From Octopus sinensis (taxonomy: Eukaryota): DNA of 64,000 bases. A program made the translations under genes and the position numbers. Shown here one piece after another: positions 49,982 to 63,100 of this stretch. Position 1 is the stretch's first letter. The number at the start of each line of letters is the position of its first letter. The notes under the pieces were generated by a model. That model ran no database searches. It was not told the DNA's origin and saw nothing but the letters and a program-made list of their open reading frames with translations. The stretch is from NCBI RefSeq assembly GCF_006345805.1, contig NC_043008.1, positions 43,524,001 to 43,588,000 on the forward strand. Direction: 5' to 3'.

Positions 49982-51620
49982 TCGTCTTCTGCATTGTTCT
50001 GTGTGTGACTGTCTGAATGTGTTGTGCGTGTGTGGGACAGATGTAATTTGTATGTGTGTGTGTGGGTGGTGACAATTGTGAGTACAGGACTTTCAAAGGA
50101 GTGAGTGGGTGGTTGGGCATCCAGTCGTGTGTGTGTGGGAGGTGGAGTGGGGTGGGCTGATGTGACCATGGGGGTTTCAGAGAAGTGAGTGCTGGATGGG
50201 TGGGGGCTTTTGGAGTGTCTGTGTGTGTATGTGTGTGTGTGTGTGTGTGTACGTGACACAACCTGAGATAGAAATAGCATTTAAATCTTACCGATTCCTA
50301 CTCTTCTGTCTTTAGAAACAAACAAACAAGGATGTTGGATAACATAAATTGACACCCACTATTTTTAGGAACATAAAAATTGATGGGATGGTCGCAGCTG
50401 GAGTGCCTTTGATAATAAGCCTGCTTAATAACGACCAGTCTAAAACCCTAATAACCAAATTCTTTTGTCTGATGGAATTTCCCTTCCATATTCTCTTGTC
50501 ACTATCTTGTACTCTGGCCATCTTGGCCTCTCTGTACTTCAAAATATCAACTGTCTCTTCTCTCTGTACTTCAAAATATCAACTGTCTCTTCTCTCTGTA
50601 CTTCAAATATCAACTGTCTCTTCTCTCTGTACTTCAAAATATCAACTGTCTCTTCTCTCTGTACTTCAACTATAATCATGTCATATTTTCGTACTTCAGC
50701 TAAAATTATCTCGACATTGTACTTCCTTTATAGCTATCTCTCTCTGTGCTTCAAATGTAAACTGTCCGCTCTCTCTGTACTTCTATTGTCTCTTCTCTTT
50801 GTACTTCAGCTGTAATTATGTCTTTATGGAGATGTACTTGCATAGCAAGTGACCTGATCTGAGATCGTGTGCTGGAACGAAAACAGTTGCAGCGTGGAAG
50901 GTGTTTATAGTCCATTTAAGAAACACACAAAAACCGTTAGATTCACTTCAGCATTTAAATTTAATTTGTCAAAATATTTTCGTCGCTTTCAGACCGTGAT
51001 GCAGCACGGAGTTTTGTCAGTGAACAGGTCGTGGTCTCAAAGCGATGAAAATATTTTGACAAATTAAATTTAAATGTTGAAGTGATTTTTAACGGTTTTT
51101 GTGTGTTTCTTAAATGGCTTACAAACACCTTCCATGTTGAAAATATTTATGTCATTTCTCTGACTTCAAGAATAAACTATCTCTTCTCACCGTACTTGCA
51201 ACTAAAATTATCTTGTCTCCCTGTCTGTAATTCTTCTATACTTGTCTCTTGTTTCTCTACTTCTTTTATAACCATCCTCTCTGTACATCAAGTATAACCT
51301 TCTTATCTCTTAACTCTTACCATGATAACCTCATGACCTCTGTTCGGCCAAATTAGTCCACAATGAATTAGCTTGTGCTGTGTTAAAAGTTTCGAGCGAG
51401 GTTGTTGCCAGTACCGCCTGACTGGCCCCGTGCTGGTGGCACGTTAAAGCACCCACTACATTCTTGGAGTGGTTGGCATTAGGAAGGGCATCCAGCTGTA
51501 GAAACTCTGCCATATCAAGATTGAAGCCTGGTTCAGCCATCTGGTTCGCCAGCCCTCAGTCAAATTGTCCAACCCATGCTAGCATGGAAAGCGAACGTTA
51601 AACAACGATAATGATGATGA

Positions 51621-51652
<32 letters not shown>

Positions 51653-52824
51653 ATCTGAACTGTTAATTAGTTGTAGAAAGTCAATTAAGTGTTGTGTTAA
51701 TGTTAGATAGAAGTATTTTTTTAAAAACTTAAATATAAATAAATCCATTGAAATTCTGTCAACAGGGGGATGTTGCTGAAACTATCCGGATGTTCTTTGA
51801 AAACAACAGCAAGTTACTACCTCAGAAGAAAAGCACCATTTCATTACAGGAAGTAAGTGAATTCAATCTTTTGAAAATGTCTTTGGAATTAATGCCCCGG
51901 TTTGCCTATTGGAATTGGTGATAGTGTATTTGTATGTGTGAAGGCGCATGGCTCTGTGGTTAGAGCATCGAGCTTATGATCGTGAGGTTGTGAGTTTGAA
52001 TCCTGGACCGAGCTGCGTGTTTTGTTCTTGAGCAAGACACTTTATTTCATGTTGCTCCAGTTCACTCAGCTGTAGAAATGAGTTGCGACATCACAAGTGC
52101 CAAGCTGTATCGGCCCCTTTGCCTTTCCCTTGGATAACACTGGTGGCGTGGAGAGGTGAGGCCGGTATGCATGGGCGACTGCTGGACTTCCATAAACAGC
52201 CTTGCTCAGACTTGTGCATGGGAGGGTAACTTTCTAGGTACAATCCCACGGTCGGTCATGACCGAAGGGGGTCTCAATTTGTGTGTGTGTATGTTTATAC
52301 ACACTAGTGCTGGTGCCAAGAGTATTGCACCCAGTACATTCTGTAAAGTGAATGTTGCCATAGAAGCTATGTCAAAGAAGATAACGGACCTTGATGTAGA
52401 CATCTGGCTTGAACCATCCAACCCATGACAGCATGTGAAATGGATATTAATCAACGTTGATGATTATATATATATATATGTGTGTGTGTGTATAAATATG
52501 TGTGTTTGTGCATCTGTGTATATACATATATGTGTGTGTGTAAATATATATATATATCTGTAAAATAATATGTGACAATTATTCGGTAGCCAAGATAAAA
52601 CTCTGAGTTTCAAATGCCGAGGTGGAAATCCACAACACCATCTCTTCGGTTTTTCAGATGGCCAGATAACTGAAGAGATGGTGTTGTGGATTTCCACCTC
52701 GGCATTTGAAACTCAGAGTTTTATCTTGGCTACTGAATAATTGTCACATATTACATTTACAGATAAATTCCTCTATTTACATAATATTGAGGTCTCTTTC
52801 TTTCTTTTGTTATCTTACCGTTTT

Positions 52825-52871
<47 letters not shown>

Positions 52872-55800
52872 AAAGGGCTTAGTAAAATAAATTACTTTGC
52901 CGCATACTGAACTCATTAGAAATAGCAGCCAAAAAACTTTTTTAAAGCTATTCTAATACTTAAAGAAAATCTCTCTCATATATAGTGTTTGCTTAATTCA
53001 ACCCACAAAAGTTTTGTGGGTTGAATTAAGCAAACACTATATATGAGAGAGATTTTCTTTAAGTATTAGAAATAGCTTTAAAAAAGTTTTTTGGCTGCTA
53101 TTTTAATGAGTTCAGTATGCGGCAAAGTAATTTATTTTACTAAGCCCTTTATATAATGTAATAATTTGAATCGCCTTGAATGGTCCCTTTGCATACTGAA
53201 CACTTGGTGAAATTGATTAATAATTAATTAATTTTGCCCTCAATTGTTGAAATATATATATATATATGTAACATATCTGTGTACACTTGTATATATAAAC
53301 ATACATTCACACAAAAGTGTCTTTTCATGAGCAACAGCATACATGTTTGAAAGAGTGTTTGCTTATAAATGTGTGTGTTTATATTTGTATCTGGTGCTGT
53401 CCATTGCAGGTGGATCAACTCTTAACAGATCTCTCAAAAGTTACTAAAGAAGACGATCAACAGAGATACCTCACCAAAATTACTAAAAGGTAAAATGCTT
53501 TTTTATATCAAGACATTTAAAGTGTTTTCTGCTGCATACATGAATGCCTGCCCCTAACAGACATCAAACAACAAGCGCCCCAGGCAGATTCTCCCCCTAC
53601 CTGTCAGGTACAATATCTTTTGTCTTTTACATGTTTCAGTCATTTGACTGTGTTCATGTTTGGGCCCCACCCTGAGGAATTTTAGTTGGACAGATTGACC
53701 CTAGTGCTTTTCTTCAAGCCTGGTACTTATTTATCAGTTGCTTTTGCTGAACTGTTAGGTTATGAGGATGTAAACAAACCAATACTGGTTGTTGAGTGGT
53801 GGTGGAGGACAAACACTGACAAAGACACATACACATACATGATGGGGTTTCTTTCGCTTTCCTTCCATCAAATCCGCTCGTGTGGCTTTGGTTGGCCCCA
53901 AGGCTCAAGTAAAAGACACTTGCCCAAAGTGCTTTGCAGTGGGACTGAACCTGGAACCACATGGCTGGGAAGCAAACGTTTTACTACTCAGCCATGCCTA
54001 ACGATTATTATTATTATTATTATTATTCTATATTTGACTTTTGCTTTACATTTGTACAAGTTGGCTCCAAGTCTCACCCAGAGACCTCAAGAGACATCAA
54101 GCTGGAAGTTCATGTTGTTGTTATGCCTAGGGTGCCATATATTTGGTTTTGTACTTAGTGTTGTACTAGTGAATGTCTAAGAAACCACAAGAAACTTATG
54201 TTTGTTTTAAAACTTGAGATTACATAGGAAGTATTTTGCGTAGGATATGAGCAGTTCTCATGAGCACTATCTTTTGAATTTCTGCCATTTTTGGGTTTCC
54301 TGGTATCATATTATTATTATTATTGTTATTATTATTATGATTATTAAGGCGGCGAGCTGGCAGAATCATTAGCATGCTGGGCAAAATGCTTAGTGACATT
54401 TCGTCCATCTTTGCGTTCTGAGTTCAAATTCCGCTGATGTCGACTTTTCCTTTCATTCTTTCAAGGTCAATGTAATTGACTTGCCCCTCCCCTCAAAAAC
54501 TGCTGGCTCTGTGCTAAAACTTGAAACCTTTATTATTGTTGTTGTTGTTCTATGTTTGATCCCAGTTTTTCTTTTTTTAATATCAGGTGTACAGGTAATG
54601 ATCTGAAAATGGTGATTCGCTTGATCAAACACGACTTGCGGATTAATGCTGGTGCAAAACACATGTGAGTTCAAATCCCGACTTGTTCCACTTCACTTCT
54701 CTCTCTTTCGACCTCTAACTCCCCTCCATTCTAAATCTTCCCCCCTTCTTCCTCTCTCACTGTCTGTTGTTAACAACTGATAATAATAATGATGATGATA
54801 ATGGTGGTGGTTGTGGTGACAATGGTAACGTTGTGCCTTTGCAGTCATCATCTTCATTCTTCTGTCACTGTGGTTGGCATTCATCTGCTGGAATCGTCAT
54901 TGCCATGCTTCATCATCATCGTCATCATCATCATCATCCCTGTCATCATTAGAACCATTTTTCTGTTATTATTGTCGTCATGTAACGATGTTCCCCCTTC
55001 GTTAATCTTATTATTCTTATCATGTATGTTTTTGGTGTGCAGTGATCCCTTGACTATCATCAAATCCATGAAGTAGAAAACAGTACTGTATACGTTTTTT
55101 TTTGTTGTTATTTTTATAATTTGTATATATTTATTTTATTATAAATGCAAAACAACATAAGCTTAAATAAGAAACGGTGATAGATGATCCATGATACGGC
55201 GAGGGATTACTGTACATATATGTGTGTATGTATATGTATATATATATATATATTATATTAAATTAGAGACAAAACCACTATTAGGCAAATCATACAATGC
55301 AAAACTTAAGCCAATACATAAGATTAATTAATTTATATTATTTTAAATATATATCAAAATTATTAAAAAAAGATAATTAGTATAACACTACGATCGTTTC
55401 ATGGCTGTCCAATTCGTAAAAATTCGAGTTACAGTCATTCTTCAGGTGATTGAAATATTTAACTTGGTGAGGTTTAATCAATATATCATCATCATCATCA
55501 TCATCATCATTTAACGTCTGCTTTCCATGCTGGCATGGGTTGGACGGTTCAACTAGGGTCTGGGAAGCCAGAAGGCTGCGCCAGGCCAGTCAGATCTGGC
55601 AGTGTTTCTACAGCTGGATGCCCTTCCTAACGCCAACTACTCCGTGAGTGTAGTGGGTGCTTTTTATGTGCCACCGGCACAGGTGCCAGACGAGGATGGC
55701 GAACGGCCATGCTCGGTTGGTGCTTTTTATGTACCACCGGCACAGAGGCCAGGCGAGGCTGGCAACGGCCACGATTGGATGGTGTTTGTTATGTGCCAAT

Positions 55801-56881
55801 ATATAGATATATAGGAGCCAGTCAGGTGGGCGTGGCATCAATCATGTTTGGATAGCATGTAAAAAGCACGATGACAGGCTTGCCTGGCTGGCTCTGGCGC
55901 TGGTGGCACCACTGATACTGATACTCTCTAACCAATCCCACTGCATGACACCTTAGTCAAGTGTCTTCTATTATAATACTATGTGTGTGTGAGTGATTGT
56001 ATGTGTGTATGTGCTGTCTATGCTTCCTCAGGTTCACATTGTGTGGTGATTGTAAACAATTGTCACCATCAAACAAACGCTGTCATTCCTTTCTAATATA
56101 CTTTGAGACCGTGTCTGGCCACGAAGAAATACTACCTTGCTTGAAAACAGGAGATGGTTGATGACAGAAAAGGCATCCACCTATAGAAAACCTGTCATAA
56201 TGAATTCTGCCTGATCTGTGCCCATCATAGAGAAGGGGACATTAAAACAATGATGATTGTGTTAATGTAATGCTTATCTCTGGCCATGAACTGTGGCAGA
56301 CTGAGCTCCCTGTTTATGACATCTATACTATAGTGATCCCTCTGTTATGTCTATGTAGTGACTGTTTTGTTTCCTTATATATTTTTCCAGCCTTGATGGC
56401 CTTGACCCCAATGCTTATGCTGCATTTCAAGCTTCTCGCAGTCTCCAAGACGTCGTCGACCGGGTGCTCCAAAACCGACGTGAGAACAAATTAGGACTGG
56501 AGAAGAAACTAAGCGTACGGGCGTCTCTAATGACGCCAGTTTTACCCATGCTGGTAAGTCTTTTGCTTTTTCTCCACAGCATCTTTGTGACCACTGATGT
56601 ATAACAACATCTAATAGTCTGCTTGATCATGTGATACATATGTGTGTGTGTGTTTATATCTATATACATGTGTATATATATGTGTGTATATATATATGTG
56701 TGTGTATGTATATATATATGTGTATATATATGTGTGTGTGTATGTATATATATATACATATATATATATATATGTATGTATCTCTCTCTCTATATATGTA
56801 TATATATATGTATCTCTTCTCTCTGTATATGTATCTCTCTCTCTCTATATATATATATATATGTATCTATCTATCTCTCTA

Positions 56882-56926
<45 letters not shown>

Positions 56927-59900
56927 ATATGCACAGATACACACCACGGGCTTCTTTAAGTTTCCATCTGGTAAATCCACTTCCAAGGTTTTGGTTGGTC
57001 TGGGAGCTATAGAAGACACTTGCCTAAGGGGCCATGCAATAAGACTGAACTCAAAAGCCCATGGTCGGGAAGGGACCCCTGTGACCCTTACACTCAATTC
57101 TTGTGTCGTACCCTTTTTCCTTTATTTCTTTGTTTTGTATATTTTTTTTCCTACAGGCTGAGCCATGTCGCTCTGTGGAGATGGCCATGAGGAAGTGTCC
57201 AGGTGGATTTTATGCAGAGATCAAATATGATGGGGAACGGGTTCAAGTCCATAAAAATGGCTCAGAATTCCGTTATTTCAGTCGTTCTTTAAAACCAGTC
57301 CAACCACACAAAGTAAGTTCATTCATTTGTTCATTTTATATCTGGTTTTCCATGTCAGTATGGGTTAGGTGAATGCAATGACGATGCCAATGTGTGTGCG
57401 TCTGTTTTTTATGTCCCAGTGTAAAACGGTGGAAAACTCATTAGCGTATATAATTCCATAGAAGGGAGGTAACTCTCTAAAGGTCCATAACTCTGGTGTA
57501 ACTTAAATTATTAAAAAAATTTGGTCAATATAATTGATTTGAATCATAAAAAGTGGTACCCCGGTTTAGCTGGAGCACATGATTGAAACCAAAATAAGAC
57601 TAAAAGAACACGTCTTTTATTTTTTACTTCTTTCAATCATTGGGCTGTGGCCATGCTGGAGCAAAGTATTGCATGGTTTACTTAAACAAATCTCCCCCCA
57701 CCCCAGTACTTCATATTCGGCTGCCCCCTTTTGCCAAACTGCTAAGTTATAGGGATGTAAACAAACCATCACTGGTTGACAGGTGGTATAGGGGATAAAC
57801 ACAAAAGATGCACACATGAAACCCTAAACCCAAGTTGCCACATGAAAAGCATTGGTGTGGCTGCTGGTGCCATGTAACGACCACCACCCTGTACACCCTG
57901 TAAAGTGGCTGGCATTAAGAAGGGTATCCACCCTTCGGAACTCTGTGTAGCCCTGGCTTTGCTAGTTCCTGTAAAGGCATCCAATGGATGTTAAATGATG
58001 ATGATGATGATGACATATATGATGGGATTCCACAGAGTTTCTTATTTCTTTATTGCCCACAAGGGGCTCAACATAGAGGGGACAAACAAGGACAGACAAA
58101 GGGATTAAGTCGATTACATCGACCCCAGTGCGTAACTGGTACTTAATTTATCGACCCCGAAAGGATGAAAGGCAAAGTCGACCTTGGCTGAATTTGAACT
58201 CAGAATGTAGCAGCAGACGAAATACCTATTTCTTTTCGACCCACAAGGGGCTAAACACAGAGGGGACAAACAAAGACAGACAAAGGGATTAAGTCGATTA
58301 TATCGACCCTAGTGCTTAAGTGGTACTTAATTTATCGACCCCGAAAGGATGAAAGGCAAGGTTGACCTCGGCGGAATTTGAACTCAGAACATAACGGCAG
58401 ACGAAATACTGCTAAGCATTTCGCCTGGCATGCTAACGTTTCTGCCAGCTCACTTCCACTCAGTTTTTGTGGACCAAATTCACTCACTTGGTTGTGGTTA
58501 GCCTGTGGTTATAGTAGAAGATAATTAACCACAATGCTGTGCAATGGGATTGAAACTGAAACCACATGATAAGGAAGGGAGCTTCTTAACCACACAGCCA
58601 TACCTGCATTCATCTATTTAATGAACAATTACTTCCCATCCAAACCCAAACAAAATATTCGTTACTCAAGCCCCATGATAATTAATTGTTTGTCTGTGTT
58701 TTGCAAAAGGTGTCTCACTTCAAGGATTTTATCCCGAAAGCTTTCCCAGGAGGCAATAATTTGATACTGGATGCTGAGGTTCTTCTTGTTGACAACGCCA
58801 CGAGTACCCCGCTGCCATTCGGAACTCTTGGAATACATAAGGTAAGCAAAACAATATTGGTTTCAAATTTTAGCCCAAGGCCAGCAGGTATCTGTCCCCA
58901 GTACTCGATGCTGCCAACCAGGCAGCCACGACATTCGTGTATATGACTATACCATAACCATCTTTTTTTTGCTTTTTTTTAAAAATATTTTTCTGTTTCT
59001 GTCTCCCTCCAACAGAAAGCGGCGTTCAAGGATGCAAATGTTTGTCTGTTTGTCTTTGACTGTCTACATCTGAATAATGAGAACCTGATGGAGTTGTAAG
59101 TATTAACCTCTGCTTCTTCCTCCTTTTTCTTCCTCTCTTCCTCATCTTCTTTTTCCTCTCTTCCTCCCCTCTTCCTCCACGTCCTGCTCTTCCTCCTCTC
59201 TTCCTCTTCTTCCTCCTCTCTTCTTCTTCCTCTTCTTCTTCCTCCTCTCTTCCTCTTCTCTTCCACCTCCTCTTTTTCCTCCTCTTCCTTTTTCTCCTCC
59301 CCCTCCCCTCTTACTATTACTACTACTACAGCCACTTCTACTATGGCTGCCTCTACCACCACCACTTGTCTTGACTAGCTAGCTACACGTCTCCCCTTTT
59401 CCACCTGAGCTCGCTTGACACAGCACTCCTCTCCGATTAACCTCCAACACATTTTGCTTAGAACTCCCTACCCAAACATTCCAGCCCCCCACCCCCCGAA
59501 AACTTCGAAAATATTTCAGCTGCGCACCCTCTAATGTAGGACCAGATGCACAATAACAAAAACAGCAAGGTGCTGCAGCTGCAAAGCGTTCCATTTTGTT
59601 GCAATCTAATTCTTCTCACCTTTGTTACTTTCAGTTCTATTAAAAAACGGAGAAAGATTCTTGAGGACAACATGGTTGAGATAAAGAATCGCATCATGTT
59701 TTCAAAGACTCAGTTTATTACGGTAAGTTCTTACGATCATCTTGAGTTATTTCAGTTAAGTTAAATCTTTGGAGCTGAACAAACACCACATTAGAAAGTG
59801 AAGGAATCACCGTATCGTCATTCCATGTCTTTGAAATTTCAGTCCAAATTTTTCTTAAGCTACATGTTGCTACTTTAACCCTTTCGTTACTGTATTTATT

Positions 59901-60098
59901 TGGAGATGCTCTGTGTTTCTTTCAATTTAAATATAACAAAGAAGTGGCTGTGTGGTAAGTAACTTGTCTACCAACCACATGGTTCCGGGTTCAGTCCCAC
60001 TGCGTGGCACCTTGGGCAAGTGTCTTCTACTATAGCCTCGGGCCGACCAAAGCCTTGTGAGTGGATTTGGTAGATGGAAACTGAAAGAAGCCGTCGTA

Positions 60099-60142
<44 letters not shown>

Positions 60143-63100
60143 TGTGTGTGTTGTGTGTCTGTGTTTGTCCCCTAGCATTGCTTGACAACCGATGCTGGTG
60201 TGTTTATGTCCCCGTTACTTAGCGGTTCGGCAAAAAGAGACCGATAGAATAAGTACTGGGCTTACAAAAGAATAAGTCCCGGGGTCGAGTTGCTCGATTA
60301 AAGGTGGTGCTCCAGCATGGCCGCAGTCAAATGACTGAAACAAGTAAAAGAGTAAAAGAGAGAGTTATCATTCAGCTACTGTTAGGAACATAAAGTCTAG
60401 ATCTAGACTTTCCTTGGTGGTGTAGGAATATTCTTCAGTGTCTTTCCATGATTTGTTTTGGTTCTGCTTTCCTGATTATATATTCTTTAGATATTTTTTC
60501 TTTCTTTACCTTTAGGACCCAACTGATCTCCAGTCTTTAATGACAAAGGTCTTTCGCGAAGGATTAGAAGGACTTGTTTTGAAACATATCAAAGTAAGAC
60601 AGTTTCTCTTTTATGGCCTTTGTTCTAGAAATATTTTGTTGTTGCCTTTTTGGAAATTCCTTGATTGGTTTATTTGGAATTAAATACATTTGCTACAATT
60701 GACATTACATTATCAGAACCATCTCACATGACCAGCTTGAGAGCCTCCATATGACTAGAGTTTGCTAGAAATAGCAGCTAAATCTCCCTCAAATCATACT
60801 CTTATATATTCATGCATTGGATGATGCAGTAGTACATGTTCATTTGCTGGAGCGATGAGGGCCATCCTTAACGATGATTGATGACTTGTGTAGTGAATAA
60901 TTGTTGTGCACTGGCTGTGCTTGAGAAGACTCGGCCAGCTCAAGTGAGACCATAACCTTGTGGCCTATGCCAATGGATGAGGCTGGTGAGATCGATACTG
61001 ATTGGAAATGCCTGTGAATCAATATCTGGATTGGTGTGGGGCTGGTTCTGTGGACGGGTGGTCTTTGGTGAGACATAGTTTCACATTACCTGTACAGGTA
61101 CACCGTGTGCCACATGTCAGATATCAAAATGATCGCAGAGCAACGTGAAATGAAGTACTTTTGCTCAAGAACACGATGCAATGCTTGGTCTGGGAATTGA
61201 ACCCACGATCTTGCAGTCACGAGTGCCACACCTTAGCCACTAAGCCATGTGTCCACACAAACATCTGGAGATGAGTGACTGATACGCCTCTGTGGTGTTC
61301 AGTTAGAAGTGTCTCTCTTTAAGTTAGGTTTCCTCTGTAGACACTGGAATATTTCCAAGAATTCCAAAGGGTTGATACTTTTATAGGAGAAGGATTAACC
61401 TTGGGGTTGCAGGTGGGTGGTGAGACACATCATCATCATCATCATTGTTCGACTGTGGTCGAGACAATGAAATTTACTATGTTATGCCAGACTTCACGGT
61501 CTATCATTGCATTACGGAGGTCCTGTTGCTGGATGCCTGTATTCCTGGAGATTACATCAGGGTAGGAGTGTGTGTGCCCTCTGGTATCACGAGCAAATGG
61601 CTTCCAGAGGAGAAGAGTAGAAATTACCTCTTTTTCAGCTCTACAACAATGTCCAGCAAACTGGACTCTTCTACTTTTCACAAGAGATGACACAGGAGGT
61701 AATTTCCCATATATTTGTACTTTGGTTGGATGACGCTTCCACGAGAGATTCTGAGCTCTCATAAGGAGGCGAGTGTAAGTTCCATCCAACCACCTCTCAA
61801 GCTTCTTTGATAACGTCCAGGGTTCAGAGCCATATAGGTGGGGGTGGTGACTCCTATCTTCATATTTCACACCTGATATCTGCTCTAATACAAATCACTC
61901 TTTCTCACTCTGATTAGAGTATTTATGAACCAGGCAAGAGACATTGGTTGAAAGTGAAAAAAGATTATTTGGAACAAGGAAGTATGGCAGACTCTGCTGA
62001 TCTGGTTGTTCTTGGAGCTTACTACGGCACCGGAAATAAAGGTATTTCAAAAAGTTTTTCAATTTAGTTTTTGTTTAAATTTTTTACGTCTGTGATTCCC
62101 CCCCCCCCTGAATTCCTTTATTTGTTTGTTTACTAAATTTCAGTCTTTTGGGCTGTGGCCATACTGGAACACCACCTTCAAGGGTTTTTGTGAATTATAT
62201 TGGTCCCTTGTTCTCCACCCAGCATGTCATCTGAAATTTATTCTGTTCATGAAACAAAACACAATAAACCAGTAAAACATAAAAATAAATAATCTTTTTT
62301 TTATTGGTGGAACTTGAATTCGATAAAGTTGTAAATAATAGCTTGTAGAATATTGAGCTCAAAAACCCATTGGAGAATACAGTGGGATAATGTCCAAGGG
62401 ATGATGGGTTAGGCATAGCGATTAGTGTGGTGAAAGGCTTGTTGGACAGACCAAGGATAGCAGTTTTCCTGTCACCAAACATTTTACTCTCTCAAATGGG
62501 TGTATTTCATTAGATCACCAGCACTGTGAACTGTTTAATCTCACAGTCATGCCTCTATTCATATCACCGTGACTGATCAGGCTATCAGATGTTGCTACAC
62601 ATCGCTGGTCACAATGCGCTTTGCATTGTTTTAGCCTTCAAGTGATGCCACCCCGCTGGCTAAGCAAGCAGGCCAACAGAAGAAAGAGTGAGAGGAAGTT
62701 TTGGTGAAAGAGTACAGCAGGGATCGCCACCACCCCCTGCTGGAGCCTCATGGAACTTTAGGTGTTTTCGCTCAATAAACACTCACAATGCCCGGTCTAG
62801 GAATTGAAACCGCGATCCTACAACCGCGAGTCCGCTGCCCTAACTACTGGGCCATTGCGCCTCCACTCTATTCATATAGTCATCTTTAAACAGTTCTGTT
62901 TTACCGTTCTTTCATGTATTCTGGAACTTATGTTTTATTGCACTTCTCTTCTCTGCTAGGTGGACTTATGTCGGTGTTCTTAACAGGAGTATACAATCCA
63001 TTCACCAAAAAATGGTGTACCGTTAGCAAAGTTGGTAATGGTTTCGATGACAAAACCTTAGACCGTTTGCAGAAGGAGCTGAAGATGGTAAAAATTAGCA

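Noticed and set aside
50528-50670. 32-bp direct repeats as a possible CRISPR array
   Set aside because: Units are head-to-tail with no unique spacers, in a eukaryotic intron with no cas genes.
10350-55841. Recurrent ORFs containing [12 protein letters not shown]...VGAFYVPPA
   Set aside because: They are antisense translations of the non-coding RTE-tail repeat family D.
373-60178. Numerous ORFs with poly-YI, poly-CV, poly-HT, poly-I, poly-L or poly-S tracts
   Set aside because: They are translations of (TA)n, (GT)n, (ATT)n and (TAG)n microsatellites and show no splice or homology support.
63010-63060. Placeholder-free note: LIG3 substitutions such as FLTGVYNP as possible A-to-I recoding sites (region 62975-63000)
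   Set aside because: Editing cannot be inferred from genomic sequence alone.
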